Positions 19,083 to 28,400 of a stretch of 50,557 bases of DNA are shown here, piece after piece. The notes under the pieces were generated by a model. That model worked only from the letters and a program-made list of their open reading frames with translations, was not told the origin of the DNA and did not search any database. The DNA comes from an uncultured Anaerolineaceae bacterium. GTDB taxonomy: Bacteria; Chloroflexota; Anaerolineae; Anaerolineales; E44-bin32. The stretch lies in assembly GCA_964524585.1 (NCBI GenBank), contig CAZGCX010000001.1:1-50557 (forward strand), given 5' to 3'. Numbering within the stretch: position 1 is the first letter of the stretch; each line of letters starts with the position of its first letter. A program made the translations under genes and the position numbers.

Positions 19083-19808
19083 CTACCCGTCGCAGGTCGG
19101 AGGACTGGTGGGGGGCGCGAACACCAGGATCGATGAGCTATCCAGCGGCTGCAACCGCAAGTACAACGTGAACAGCTGCTGTGGGGGAACCGAACTGTAG
19201 GCGTGCCGAGGAATCAGTTCGACCAGCGAATTGAGATCCACCCGTGAACCGGCTTCTGCTCCGCGCTGGCTGAGCGCGATCAGGAACTGCTCTTGCGAAG
19301 TCAGCAGACCAGCTGGGTTCTGGTACAGCGAGCGCATCACGGCGATCACTTGGTCCGATTCGAGCAGCGCCCCGTTCAACTCGACCCCTGACAACTGATC
19401 GATCAACCCGGCGAAAGCTACTTCGTCCGCAACCACGTAGGCGGTGAGTTGCTTGTCGCCGAATTCTGACAGGAATTCCTCTGCAACCCCGTGCTCGGGA
19501 TCCCACAAAAAGAGCTGTTGCAGGTTCTCGGCCTGGCTGTCACAGACTGGCCGGTCCACCGGATCTCCCAGGAGCAGCAGCTCGCGCCCGTCGGGGCTGA
19601 AACTGGCGTGCCACACCGCGACCAGGCGGGGAGATTGGGCGGTCAGATCGTCAACTCCCAGCACCAGAACGCTTTCGCCCAGCACGCCGGGTGAGGGTGT
19701 TCCCGGGCTTTCACTGGCGTCGCCTCCCAATACCACGGTCATCACGCCGGCCACAAAGAAGACCGCGATGATGAACAAGACAAAGGTCGGCCGGCGTTGG
19801 CTGGTCAT
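19083..19808 (-). CDS. membrane-anchored hypothetical protein with weak LytR/CpsA/Psr (LCP)-like resemblance
   Basis: N-terminal TM segment, then VLVLGVDDL...RLVAVWHASF and AYVVADEVAFAGLIDQLSGVEL, which are loosely LCP-like. The canonical LCP Arg/Asp motifs were not seen. Confidence 0.35.
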   Translation of the reverse strand: MTSQRRPTFVLFIIAVFFVAGVMTVVLGGDASESPGTPSPGVLGESVLVLGVDDLTAQSPRLVAVWHASFSPDGRELLLLGDPVDRPVCDSQAENLQQLFLWDPEHGVAEEFLSEFGDKQLTAYVVADEVAFAGLIDQLSGVELNGALLESDQVIAVMRSLYQNPAGLLTSQEQFLIALSQRGAEAGSRVDLNSLVELIPRHAYSSVPPQQLFTLYLRLQPLDSSSILVFAPPTSPPTCDG

Positions 19809-19902
19809 CGGCTGTGGGAGTTCGTCGTGGGTACCCGCGAATGCGCCCGGATTGTACTCCGGGCACGTAGGCGCGGCAATTCGGGGGCCGCGGCGTGGAT
19901 CC

Positions 19903-19927
19903 GGCCGACCCGGTTCGCGGGTCGGCC
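19903..19927 (-). terminator. perfect 10-bp stem-loop (GGCCGACCCG/CGGGTCGGCC) without a U-tract; possible terminator of the ftsZ-77aa-64aa transcript
   Basis: The inverted repeat is seen directly, 32 nt after the stop of the 64-aa ORF. Confidence 0.3.
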
Positions 19928-19958
19928 AGATGGGCGCAATTTGCTGCGGCTGATTGGG

Positions 19959-20153
19959 CTAGAGCGTGAGCAGCGCTTGACCGACGACTCGGCCTACGAA
20001 GTAGGCTGCCATCCCACCGGCAAACACTGGCGCGTACACGCGGATCTGGGCAAGTGCCTGACGGTGCTCGAGCGCCCACTCGGCGAGGGCCACCGTGGCC
20101 CGCAGTACGATCAAGTTCACAATCACGATCGGTTTATAGCGCAGTTTGTTCAT
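19959..20153 (-). CDS. small hypothetical hydrophobic protein (64 aa)
   Basis: The ORF is tightly packed (3-nt gap) behind the 77-aa ORF downstream of ftsZ. I recognise no family. Confidence 0.35.
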   Translation of the reverse strand: MNKLRYKPIVIVNLIVLRATVALAEWALEHRQALAQIRVYAPVFAGGMAAYFVGRVVGQALLTL

Positions 20154-20156
20154 CTC

Positions 20157-20390
20157 TCACCTCGATGTGCTGATTCGGATTACGTGGCCATCTTCATCAG
20201 CCACGACACGGACAATTCGTTTCATCGACTTCCCACCGGGCAACTCAGACACCCCCTTGAAGGTCAGCAGAAATTGGCTGGCTCCATTGCCGGGTACTCC
20301 CTGGCGACGCACGGAAGGTTTGACGCCGTCCATCTCGGGGAACTGGTCGACAACTTTGCGGGCGATCGCGGACACTGCTTGCTGCTTCAT
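20157..20390 (-). CDS. small hypothetical protein (77 aa)
   Basis: The ORF begins 9 nt after the ftsZ stop on the same strand. I recognise no family. Confidence 0.4.
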   Translation of the reverse strand: MKQQAVSAIARKVVDQFPEMDGVKPSVRRQGVPGNGASQFLLTFKGVSELPGGKSMKRIVRVVADEDGHVIRISTSR

Positions 20391-20399
20391 GTCTCGACC

Positions 20400-21503
20400 C
20401 TATCTTCCTACCGAGAACGCACGTTTGCGCAAGAAGGTTGGCAGGTCAAGATCGTCGCTGTCGATCATATTGGTATCGATGCGGGGGCTGGTGGTCTGCA
20501 CTGTTTCGGGCTGGACTACCGTTTGAACTGCTCGGCCGCCGATCCCGGTAACGACCACGATCACCTGTACCCGGCCCTGCATGGTCGGCTCGTGCGTGAC
20601 ACCCAGCGTGACCTCTGATTCGTGGGGCAACGTCTCGCGCAACTGATCGATCGCTTCACCCACTTCCACCAAACTGAGGTCATCACCCCCGGTGAAGTGC
20701 ACCAAGGCGCCGCTGGCCTGATCCAGGCTATTGATTTCCAGCAGCGGATGGTGCAGCGCCTGGCGAATCGCGACCGCCGCCTTGTTTTCGCCCTCGCCTA
20801 AGCCAATGGCCATCAGTGCCCCGCCGCCACGGTGCATGATGGAGCGCACGTGGGCGAAATCGACATTGATCAGCCCGGGGCGGGTGACCAATTCCACGAT
20901 GCCCTGAATTCCCTGCCGCAACACGTCGTCGGCAAAGCGGAAGGCAACTTCCAAACTGGCATCGCGCGGCACGACTTGCAGCAGGCGGTCGTTCGGAACC
21001 GTGATCAGTGTATGGGTGTGCGGCTGCAGTCGCTGAATGCCCTCACTGGCATTCCGAGCACGCTTGCTCATCTCGAACCCGAACGGCGTGGTCACGGTCG
21101 CAATCACCACCGCGCCGGTCTCTCGAGCGATCTCTGCCGTGATTGGCGCCGCGCCGGTGCCGGTCCCGCCGCCCATGCCGGCGGTGAGAAATACCATATC
21201 CGCTCCGTCAAGCGCGGCCGAGATTTCTCGACTGCTCTCGAGTGCCGCCGCAGCTCCCACCCGGGGATCTCCTCCAGCTCCCAGCCCGCGCGTGACGCCT
21301 GGCCCCAGCTGGATCTTGGTCGGTGCCAGGCTGCTTTCCAGGGCTTGGTGATCGGTGTTTGCCGCAATGAAGCTGGCGCCGATCAGGCCCAACTCGACCA
21401 TGCGGTTGACGGCATTCGAACCGGCGCCGCCCAGGCCGATGACCTTGATGCGGGCTTCTCCGATGTCGGAGAGGTCAATCTGTTCGTGTTCCAGAGTCAC
21501 CAT
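20400..21503 (-). CDS. ftsZ: cell division protein FtsZ
   Basis: IKVIGLGGAGSNAVNRM...FLTAGMGGGTGTGAAPI (tubulin signature)...and the C-terminal peptide DDLDLPTFLRKR. I chose ATG 21503, preceded by GAAGGGA. The track start (21623) adds a non-FtsZ-like extension. Confidence 0.95.
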   Translation of the reverse strand: MVTLEHEQIDLSDIGEARIKVIGLGGAGSNAVNRMVELGLIGASFIAANTDHQALESSLAPTKIQLGPGVTRGLGAGGDPRVGAAAALESSREISAALDGADMVFLTAGMGGGTGTGAAPITAEIARETGAVVIATVTTPFGFEMSKRARNASEGIQRLQPHTHTLITVPNDRLLQVVPRDASLEVAFRFADDVLRQGIQGIVELVTRPGLINVDFAHVRSIMHRGGGALMAIGLGEGENKAAVAIRQALHHPLLEINSLDQASGALVHFTGGDDLSLVEVGEAIDQLRETLPHESEVTLGVTHEPTMQGRVQVIVVVTGIGGRAVQTVVQPETVQTTSPRIDTNMIDSDDLDLPTFLRKRAFSVGR

Positions 21504-22725
21504 TGCCGTTATCCCTTCGCATTCCTTGCCAGATCGGGTGCTGCGGCGCGATCCGGCGAACTTGACACCCGTGCTTGGCCAGCTTGCGCTCGACCGAAGG
21601 CGGGATGGCTGATTCGTCGCCAACGATGGTCACCAGGCTGGCGTGCTGCGCCTCCTCGGCCGAATAACCAAATACGCCATCGGTGGCTAATTCTCGAACT
21701 GAACCCCAGGCCGCATCCGGCAGTCCGCCATCTGGCATCAGTACGTAGTGCTTAAGCGGCTTCTTCATCACCGAAGTCTTTGGATTCTGGGTGGCGGCAT
21801 TCAACATACGTTCCAGCGCGGCGACGATCGGCTTGGGCTCATCCGGGCCGGCAAACCAGGCGGCCGCATGCTCGGCGGTGCCAGGATCGGCCGCCAATAG
21901 GTGGTAGTTGAAGGCCAAAACCGTTTCTGGGATGCGAGAGCCCAACAAGGCGCGAGCGCTGCCGGTGACCACTTCGGGCACCAACTCACCCGGGCCGCTC
22001 GAGCCGCCCGCGATCACAATCATCGGCAAAGTTCGACCCACGACCGATTGGCTGATCTCGCCATACCAATCGAAAGTGCGGAAGCCACGCTGATTCTGCG
22101 CCAGCTCCGCTCCATCGTAGGGGTAGCTCTCCGGCCAGTGCGAAGGACCGCCGCTGCCCCAGTCCAAGGCGTGGCCATACGTCCAGGCATAGGCGGCGAT
22201 CCGTAGGTCATGGACCAGATTGGTGTCTCCACGCCGCAGCATCGAGCGCAGCGCGGTCTCCAAAAAGGCGGTGTCCCAGTAATCGCCTCCCGGCTCGAGC
22301 GGAGGGAAGATGGGGTGCATGCCGGCCGATCGCTCCAACTGCAGAACCGGCAGCAACCGGTCGATGAAGCGTTCTACCAGCCCTGGCCGGCTCCAGCCGA
22401 TCGATGGCCAGCGGTAGCGCATGTTGGGCCGATCAAAGACGATGAGCTCACGTACCCCCCAACTGCCATAGCTGGCGATCAACGGCGCCAACTCGGTGAC
22501 GTTGACCTGTGCCATATCACTTGCAATGTGGATGATGGGGCGGATTCCGCTTTCCAGTAGACCGCGGATGAAATCCTCCGGGATGGCACGATTGGTGGCT
22601 CCCCGAAGCACCAGCCAGCTGGCGGACAGCCTCATCAGAGCCGGCAGCCATTGCTCCAGATCGTGCTGGGTGTAATGGCTGTCGTCCGGGAAGTAGTGAA
22701 AGCCGAGCCGTTCTCTGGGTTCCAT
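21475..22725 (-). CDS. hypothetical protein (416 aa), possibly a TIM-barrel glycoside-hydrolase-like fold
   Basis: Track ORF 21475..22863. I chose ATG 22725 (MEPRERLGFHYFPDD...) because the upstream 46 codons are Pro/Ser-rich junk that cover a sigma-54 promoter. Its 3' end overlaps the ftsZ start by 29 nt. The fold guess is weak. Confidence 0.5.
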   Translation of the reverse strand: MEPRERLGFHYFPDDSHYTQHDLEQWLPALMRLSASWLVLRGATNRAIPEDFIRGLLESGIRPIIHIASDMAQVNVTELAPLIASYGSWGVRELIVFDRPNMRYRWPSIGWSRPGLVERFIDRLLPVLQLERSAGMHPIFPPLEPGGDYWDTAFLETALRSMLRRGDTNLVHDLRIAAYAWTYGHALDWGSGGPSHWPESYPYDGAELAQNQRGFRTFDWYGEISQSVVGRTLPMIVIAGGSSGPGELVPEVVTGSARALLGSRIPETVLAFNYHLLAADPGTAEHAAAWFAGPDEPKPIVAALERMLNAATQNPKTSVMKKPLKHYVLMPDGGLPDAAWGSVRELATDGVFGYSAEEAQHASLVTIVGDESAIPPSVERKLAKHGCQVRRIAPQHPIWQGMRRDNGNGDSGTRTD

Positions 22726-22737
22726 CTGCCTTGAAGA

Positions 22738-22753
22738 TGCAAGATGCGTGCCA
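22738..22753 (-). promoter_or_regulatory. sigma-54 promoter, exact consensus TGGCAC-GCATC-TTGCA
   Basis: The minus strand reads ccgTGGCACGCATCTTGCAtcttcaaggcagATG. The -12 element ends 12 nt before ATG 22725. Confidence 0.65.
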
Positions 22754-22828
22754 CGGTCCGGTCGTGGCGTCGGGCCTGCGTGTGATGGTGGTAAATGGCT
22801 TAGTAGCGGGGACGGGTTTGGGGGAGGG

Positions 22829-25420
22829 TCAGCGCGACACGGCCAGCTTGGTGACCTTGCCACTCGGATCCAGCGTCACCCGAGCGTAGCGCGGGTGCAC
22901 GTTGGTTCCGACCGTGACCTTCTTTGAAAGGGTCACGACCATCGTGCTGTCGGTGCCCGCGGTTTTCATACCGACCTGCTGGGTGGGGCAGCAGTGGTCC
23001 TCGCATGAACACCCCTCATGCTGGCCGTGCACGTTGCACTCGGCGTCACTCATCGACGGCAAATACTTGGCCACGATGTTGCGAATTCGATCGGCGGTGA
23101 CCGAGTCTGGGTCGGCCTGCAATAGGTCAGGGCCGCCCAAGGCGCAGGCGGTCTTCATGACGGCTGGCCGCTGGGAGCTGCGCGTCACTGATTTGGGTCC
23201 GCTCGAAATGGCGACCGAACCAGGTGTGAACAGGGGATCGCCGTAGAGTACGAATGCGATCAGGGTCTTTTGGTCCTCACCGTCCAAGAAACCTTGCCGG
23301 TCATGCATCTCCCCTGCCAGTTTGAGCTTTGCCCTCCGCAGCGCTTCGCCGACTGCAAGGCCGCTGCCCAACTCATTCCAGAACAGACGCCCAAGTAGGT
23401 CGGCCGCGATCAGTGGTGGGGTAATCGACCCGTAGGAAATCTTGGTCGATCCTATGACCGCCCGGCTGCCACTGGCCAGAAACTTCAGACTGACGGCGCT
23501 GTCTTGATCCTTGCCCAGGATGTTCGCTCCGTAGCAGGCCTCGCTGAACACCACCTTCGGCGCCCGGCCATGATTGACGATGTCCTCCGGCCGCAGTGCC
23601 ACGGGAAACTCAACTGCCGCGCCGTGGTCGCGGAGCGGATCGCGCTGTCCGTACCACTCGGCCGCATCTTGCAGCCCATGCAGATTGAAGTAGGACAAGC
23701 CACTCGGGCGGGAAATGACCGAGGCGGCTGAAGCCGGCGGTGAAGTCACCAGGGAGCGGGGGGCGCCGATCGGCCGGAACACCTCCAAGGACGACTGTTT
23801 CCAAATGCTGGCGGTAAATCCAACTGCCCTGGGTTCTGGTCGGAACAACCGGCCAAGTCGGCCTCGAATCCACACCCCGAGGTTGCTCAAAGCCGGGACG
23901 GACTGGCGTTGCTGGCTGTGGGCCGCAGTTGCGCTGGTCAACATCTGAACGATCTGGTCAGCATCCGAGTCGGAAGGCAATCGGCCGACCGGCCACTCCG
24001 GCGCGAAGTAATTCTCGTCAATGGTGGCATACGGATTGTCGGAGGGGACTGAGTCATCATCATCGTCGGTGGGGTTCGGGAGCAGATGGAATGGCACAAT
24101 CTCCGGCCCGCCGACGATCAACAGCGCTCCGATCATCTCGCCCCGCTCCGTGAGCACCTGGTCCAGATCGGCCAGGCGCAGTTTGATCTGCCAGGCATTG
24201 CCCGGGTCGCAGGGAACCAATCCAAACGGTTTCAATGAGCGTGGATGATCGATGTAGACCCGGTAGGCGTTCCAGCCACGCTTGCGCCGCACGGTCTCTA
24301 CCATCTTCAGCACGGCCGCGTCAATTCTGCGGAATGCGGGCTCGCCAAACTGCTGAACCAGACGAGTGTGGCTAGAGAGCACGATGTAGGCTGGCTCACG
24401 GCCTTCCTCATCGGTGCTCGGGCTCCGGACGTTCAGCTTACTCGCCAGCCGGTCGAATTCGTTGCGCACCTGGATCAGCACTTCGCTGGGGCTGTTCGCC
24501 GGCCGGTCCCCGGAATCTGGTCCCTGGAACGACTCGCCGGGTGCCGGCTTCGGGATCGAGCGACGGAGCTGTGCCGGCTCGCGGCCGGTCGGCTGCTTAG
24601 CTGCCGATCCTGGCGGCGCGTCCAAATGGTTGCCGCCCATCACCCCCGACACCTCGCTCGGCACCGGCCGGCTGAGCGCCGCCTGCATCTCCAGCGGCCA
24701 CAGACTGCGATAAGGGTGATCGACGCCAAGCACCGATTCGGCCACCAGTCCCAGCGGGTCACTGGCCGCGATCCGTTGCAGCAGCTCAACCGCTTCGGCT
24801 GCTCGACCCCCTTCGATCTTGGCCAGCGCTTGAACCAGCGCGAAGGCCACACACGATGGCCACCGATCGTGGCCAATCTCGGCCAACTGGACGGCTGCCC
24901 GTGAGTTGCCGGCTGCGAGCTGGGCTCGCATCGCCATGACGGTGGGCAGCGCCAGGCTCGGTCCGGAGGCCAGCGCTTCCTGGGCCGCAGTAACCGCGAT
25001 GGTTGCATCGCCGTCTTCCAGCGACTGGTAGGCGCGAGCGAGTGGGACTGCCCAGGCCGGTGCGGTCTGGGGATCCGGGGCGCCGTGACTCAACACTTGA
25101 TAGCAAGCATCGTGGATCGGCGGCCTCAAGTTGTCGCCGGTCTGGCGATAGGCACGGGCCAGCAATTGATAGGCTTGCGGCGCCTCTGGATCGATCTCGA
25201 TCAATTCAATCAGCCGGCCGATGGCCGGTTCATTCAGGCCGGCTTCAAGCTCGATTTGCACCAGCTGGAGTCGAACCTCGGTGTCGCCGGGCCAGGCGCT
25301 CAACCACTCGCTGGCCGCGCTGCGTCCAAAGTCCGACCGCTTGGCGATCCGAGCGGCGTGCAGCAGATTGATCAGACTCTCGCGATCCAGCCGGTCATCC
25401 ATGGACGAGCTCCAATGCAC
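22829..25420 (-). CDS. TPR-repeat protein with a C-terminal clan-CD cysteine peptidase-like domain (gingipain C25 / caspase-like) and a Cys/His-rich tail
   Basis: The N-terminal ~250 aa are TPR-like, followed by a P/S/G-rich linker. C25-like motifs follow: LLIVGGPEIVPF, SDNPYA, VGRLP, a candidate catalytic His in YFNLHG, and a candidate catalytic Cys in VVFSEACYG. The tail reads ECNVHGQHEGCSCEDHCCP. The start is either GTG 25420 or ATG 25402. Confidence 0.6.
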   Translation of the reverse strand: MHWSSSMDDRLDRESLINLLHAARIAKRSDFGRSAASEWLSAWPGDTEVRLQLVQIELEAGLNEPAIGRLIELIEIDPEAPQAYQLLARAYRQTGDNLRPPIHDACYQVLSHGAPDPQTAPAWAVPLARAYQSLEDGDATIAVTAAQEALASGPSLALPTVMAMRAQLAAGNSRAAVQLAEIGHDRWPSCVAFALVQALAKIEGGRAAEAVELLQRIAASDPLGLVAESVLGVDHPYRSLWPLEMQAALSRPVPSEVSGVMGGNHLDAPPGSAAKQPTGREPAQLRRSIPKPAPGESFQGPDSGDRPANSPSEVLIQVRNEFDRLASKLNVRSPSTDEEGREPAYIVLSSHTRLVQQFGEPAFRRIDAAVLKMVETVRRKRGWNAYRVYIDHPRSLKPFGLVPCDPGNAWQIKLRLADLDQVLTERGEMIGALLIVGGPEIVPFHLLPNPTDDDDDSVPSDNPYATIDENYFAPEWPVGRLPSDSDADQIVQMLTSATAAHSQQRQSVPALSNLGVWIRGRLGRLFRPEPRAVGFTASIWKQSSLEVFRPIGAPRSLVTSPPASAASVISRPSGLSYFNLHGLQDAAEWYGQRDPLRDHGAAVEFPVALRPEDIVNHGRAPKVVFSEACYGANILGKDQDSAVSLKFLASGSRAVIGSTKISYGSITPPLIAADLLGRLFWNELGSGLAVGEALRRAKLKLAGEMHDRQGFLDGEDQKTLIAFVLYGDPLFTPGSVAISSGPKSVTRSSQRPAVMKTACALGGPDLLQADPDSVTADRIRNIVAKYLPSMSDAECNVHGQHEGCSCEDHCCPTQQVGMKTAGTDSTMVVTLSKKVTVGTNVHPRYARVTLDPSGKVTKLAVSR

Positions 25421-28400
25421 GCACCGCCGCTAGCTGGTGCATAACATCCTTGTTGATGGGAGCCAGCTCGGCAGCCTGCTTCAGCATCTCGCCGGCTCGG
25501 CGGTAGGCCTTCAAGGTGCGCAACAGCATGCCGGCCCGGTAGTAGGCCTGCAGGCAGGTCGGGTCGATCTCGATCGCTTCACGGTAGGCATCCAGCGCTC
25601 GCGAGTACTCCCGCCGATCTTCGTGCACCAGCCCAGTCTCGACCGCCAACCTCGGATCGTGCGGGACGGTCTTGCGCGCCACCCGCAGCTCTTCGAGGGC
25701 GCGGTCTAGATTTCCCGCACGGCGGGAGATCTGGGCCAACTTCAGCCGGTACACCGGATTCCGTGGCGAGATCCGCAGGGCCTGTCCGATCGCCTCGTCG
25801 GCGCCTTTCAGATCCGACTGCGCTTCGAGGGCCTGCGCCAGCTCGTGCCAGGTGGCGTCGTCATCTGGTTCTGCCTCCACTGCCTGCCGGAGCGCGTTCA
25901 GCGCTTGTTGGGTTTCGCCCTGTTTCATCAGCAGTTTGCTTTGATGTCGGTGCACCTGAGCTGGATCGGCTCCAACCTGAAGCGCACGCTCGAAGGCTTC
26001 CATGGCCGCCGCTGACTTGCCGGTTTGCATGAGAACCTGACCCTGCCCCAGCAAAACCTCGGGCCGGTCCGGATCGAGCTGGATAGCGGCGCGGAGATGC
26101 TTCTCCGCCAGTTGCTTCTTGCCGAGCGCTGCAGCTGCGTTGGCCGCGCCGATATGAGCCAGTGCGTCGTCTGGAGCTAGCTCGCAGGCCCGCTCGAAAC
26201 GAGTGGCCGCTTCATCCGGCCGGTCGATTTGCAGGGCAACCTGTCCGGCAAGTCGGAAGGTCTCCGGGCTGGGCTGCTCGTCCTGTAGAGCCAGTCGGAA
26301 CGCGTTTTCCGCCTGCAGTAGTTGCCCGCATGCCTGATAGGTTTTGGCCAGGTCCACTTGATAGATCGGGTTGGCCGGATCGGCCTCGGTCGCGCTCTGG
26401 AAATGACCCAGAGCCGCGTCGGGTTGCTCGGCCTCCAAATAGATCTCGCCCAAGCGGTGCTGCCAGGCGGGCTGCCGCATCCATTCGGTGACAGCCTTGC
26501 CAATATGGGTCCTGGCACGTTCCGAGCTGCCGGAGTTTGCATACGAGCGGCCGATGAGGTACTCGGCCAGCGGCACCAGCGGACCACCGTCGGTAGCCTT
26601 GCGGAAGGAGGATCGTGCCTGCTCGTGCTGGCCACTGAGCTCCAGGGAAATCCCCTCCAGAAGCTTCAGCCACTCGGCCTCCGGATTGATCTCTTTGGTA
26701 AGTGCAATTGCTTCGACTGCCTGCTCCAGTGCATCCTGCTTCAGATGGGCAATCGTCAACGCCTCGCTCAACTCGCCGCTGGAATCCTCCTCGACGAATT
26801 GCGCGAGCCCGCTCGGAGCCTCGGCCGCAGCGGCCCAGGCCGTCAGCATATCTACCAACCGCTGCTCCGGCTGGTACTGCTGAAGCTCCTCCAGCAACTG
26901 ATCCACTTTCACTTCAGTCGGCCAGGTGTCCGACAGTAAGCTTGCGTCGGCATACTGCATCAGCCAGCCGGCATCCCGCATGCGCAACTCCGTTCGAATC
27001 AGCTCCGCGATTGCGGCGGGTTCGGTGTTCCATCGCCAAAGGGTCTGGACAGCAGGCTCGAACTCGAAGAGTCTTCGATGGGCCCGAGCGATCCAAATCG
27101 CATCGTGCGCCGACTCCGGCACCGCCTGAGACAGGGCCTGTGCCGCGCCGGCGCGATCTGGCCGGACGATCGACAGGACAGCCAGCACCCGGCCGGATGA
27201 TTCCCCATGCTCGACGGCTTTTTCGATTGCTTTGGCCGCTCGGCCCCGTTCATTGAGCAGCAGATAGCCCTCTGCCAGCGCGGCCTGAACCCGCCCTTCG
27301 TCGGCCGCCAGCTGCTCGGCCCGTCCAACAAATCCGAGCGCCTCGCGAGCTGCGCCGGCCAGCAGAGCGGCCTCCGCGGCCTCCATTGCCAACGAGGCGT
27401 CGTTGGGAGCTTCTCGCAGCGCACTGGAATAGGTCTGAATCCCGCGGCCGACCTGCCCGTGTGCGACATAGGCCGAAGCCAGCCGCCGTCGCAGTCCGGG
27501 ACTCTTAGGATTGACCGTCTGGGCCTGCTCCAGCAGCTCAATCGATTTCTGCGAACGGCCCAATTGCTCGGCACAAACGGCCGCTCGGCGCAGTGGCTGT
27601 TCGTCATTTGGCACCAGCCGGGCACATTCCTGCCAGGCCTCGAGCGCCGATTCGAGCTGCCCGCTGTATTCATACAGCTCGGCCATCGATCGCCGCATTG
27701 CCGGGTCATCCGGACGCTGGCGGACCGCGGCTCGGATGGCTTGGATAGCGGTACGGCTGTGACCCAAGTCTGACAGTGCGCTGGCCACCCGGACCAGATT
27801 GGTCGGATCGCCTCGTGCTCGCCACGCGGCCTGTGCGAGTGCCTTGCGGGCCAAAGCAGTCTCGCCGCCGTCGGCGGCCAACTGGCCGATCTGAATCCAC
27901 GGTCGCACCGAATCCGGGCTCAGAGAGCTGTGACGTTCGGCCGCCGAGAAGGCGGCCTCGAAGTCGGCGGATCCGGCAAGCGCCTCGCTGAGCGCCTCCC
28001 ACCCAGTCGGGTCGGATGGATCAACGTCGACCGCCTGCTGTGCCACCTCGACTGCCTTATCGAGCAGCTTTGCCGACCGGTAGACCTGCGATGTCAGTGC
28101 CAGCACGCGAGATCCGCCGCCGAAGGTCTGGCGGGCGTCATCCAGGACGGCCAATGCGGCAGAAATGTGACCACGGCGCAGCTCACAGCGCGCCTGGCCC
28201 AGCGTGGACTGCTCGCGCAGCTCCACCGATCCGGGCTCGATGCTGGAAATGGCCTTGGCGTACCGCTCGCTTGCACCCTGATACTGTTCTTCCTGCTCCA
28301 GGCCGCGTGCGTACCAGAAGTGCAGGCTCGGATCGCTGCAGCCGAGCTGCTCCGCCTGGTCGAGGGCTTCCAACGCTCCGCCCAGGTCCAGCGCGGCCTG

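Noticed and set aside
19875-19890. Weaker sigma-54-like element CGGCCC-N5-TTGCC (GG and GC correctly spaced, 8 of 11 consensus bases) about 70 nt upstream of the LCP-like gene.
   Set aside because: Matches of this quality are expected by chance in GC-rich DNA. It lacks the conserved T, A and C of the -24 hexamer seen in the three exact sites.
19797-20618. Long ORFs antisense to clearly identified genes. Examples: 19797-20618 and 20832-21755 opposite ftsZ and its neighbours, 16840-17838 opposite fabF, and 30928-31854 opposite the sigma-54 activator. Others are 36943-37797 opposite hflX, 42982-43923 opposite the HD-GYP regulator, and 48133-49332 opposite GH3.
   Set aside because: This is a typical artefact of high-GC DNA, where stop codons are rare. 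The translations are Arg/Pro/Gly/Ala-rich with no family resemblance, and each is fully shadowed by a gene with strong homology motifs.
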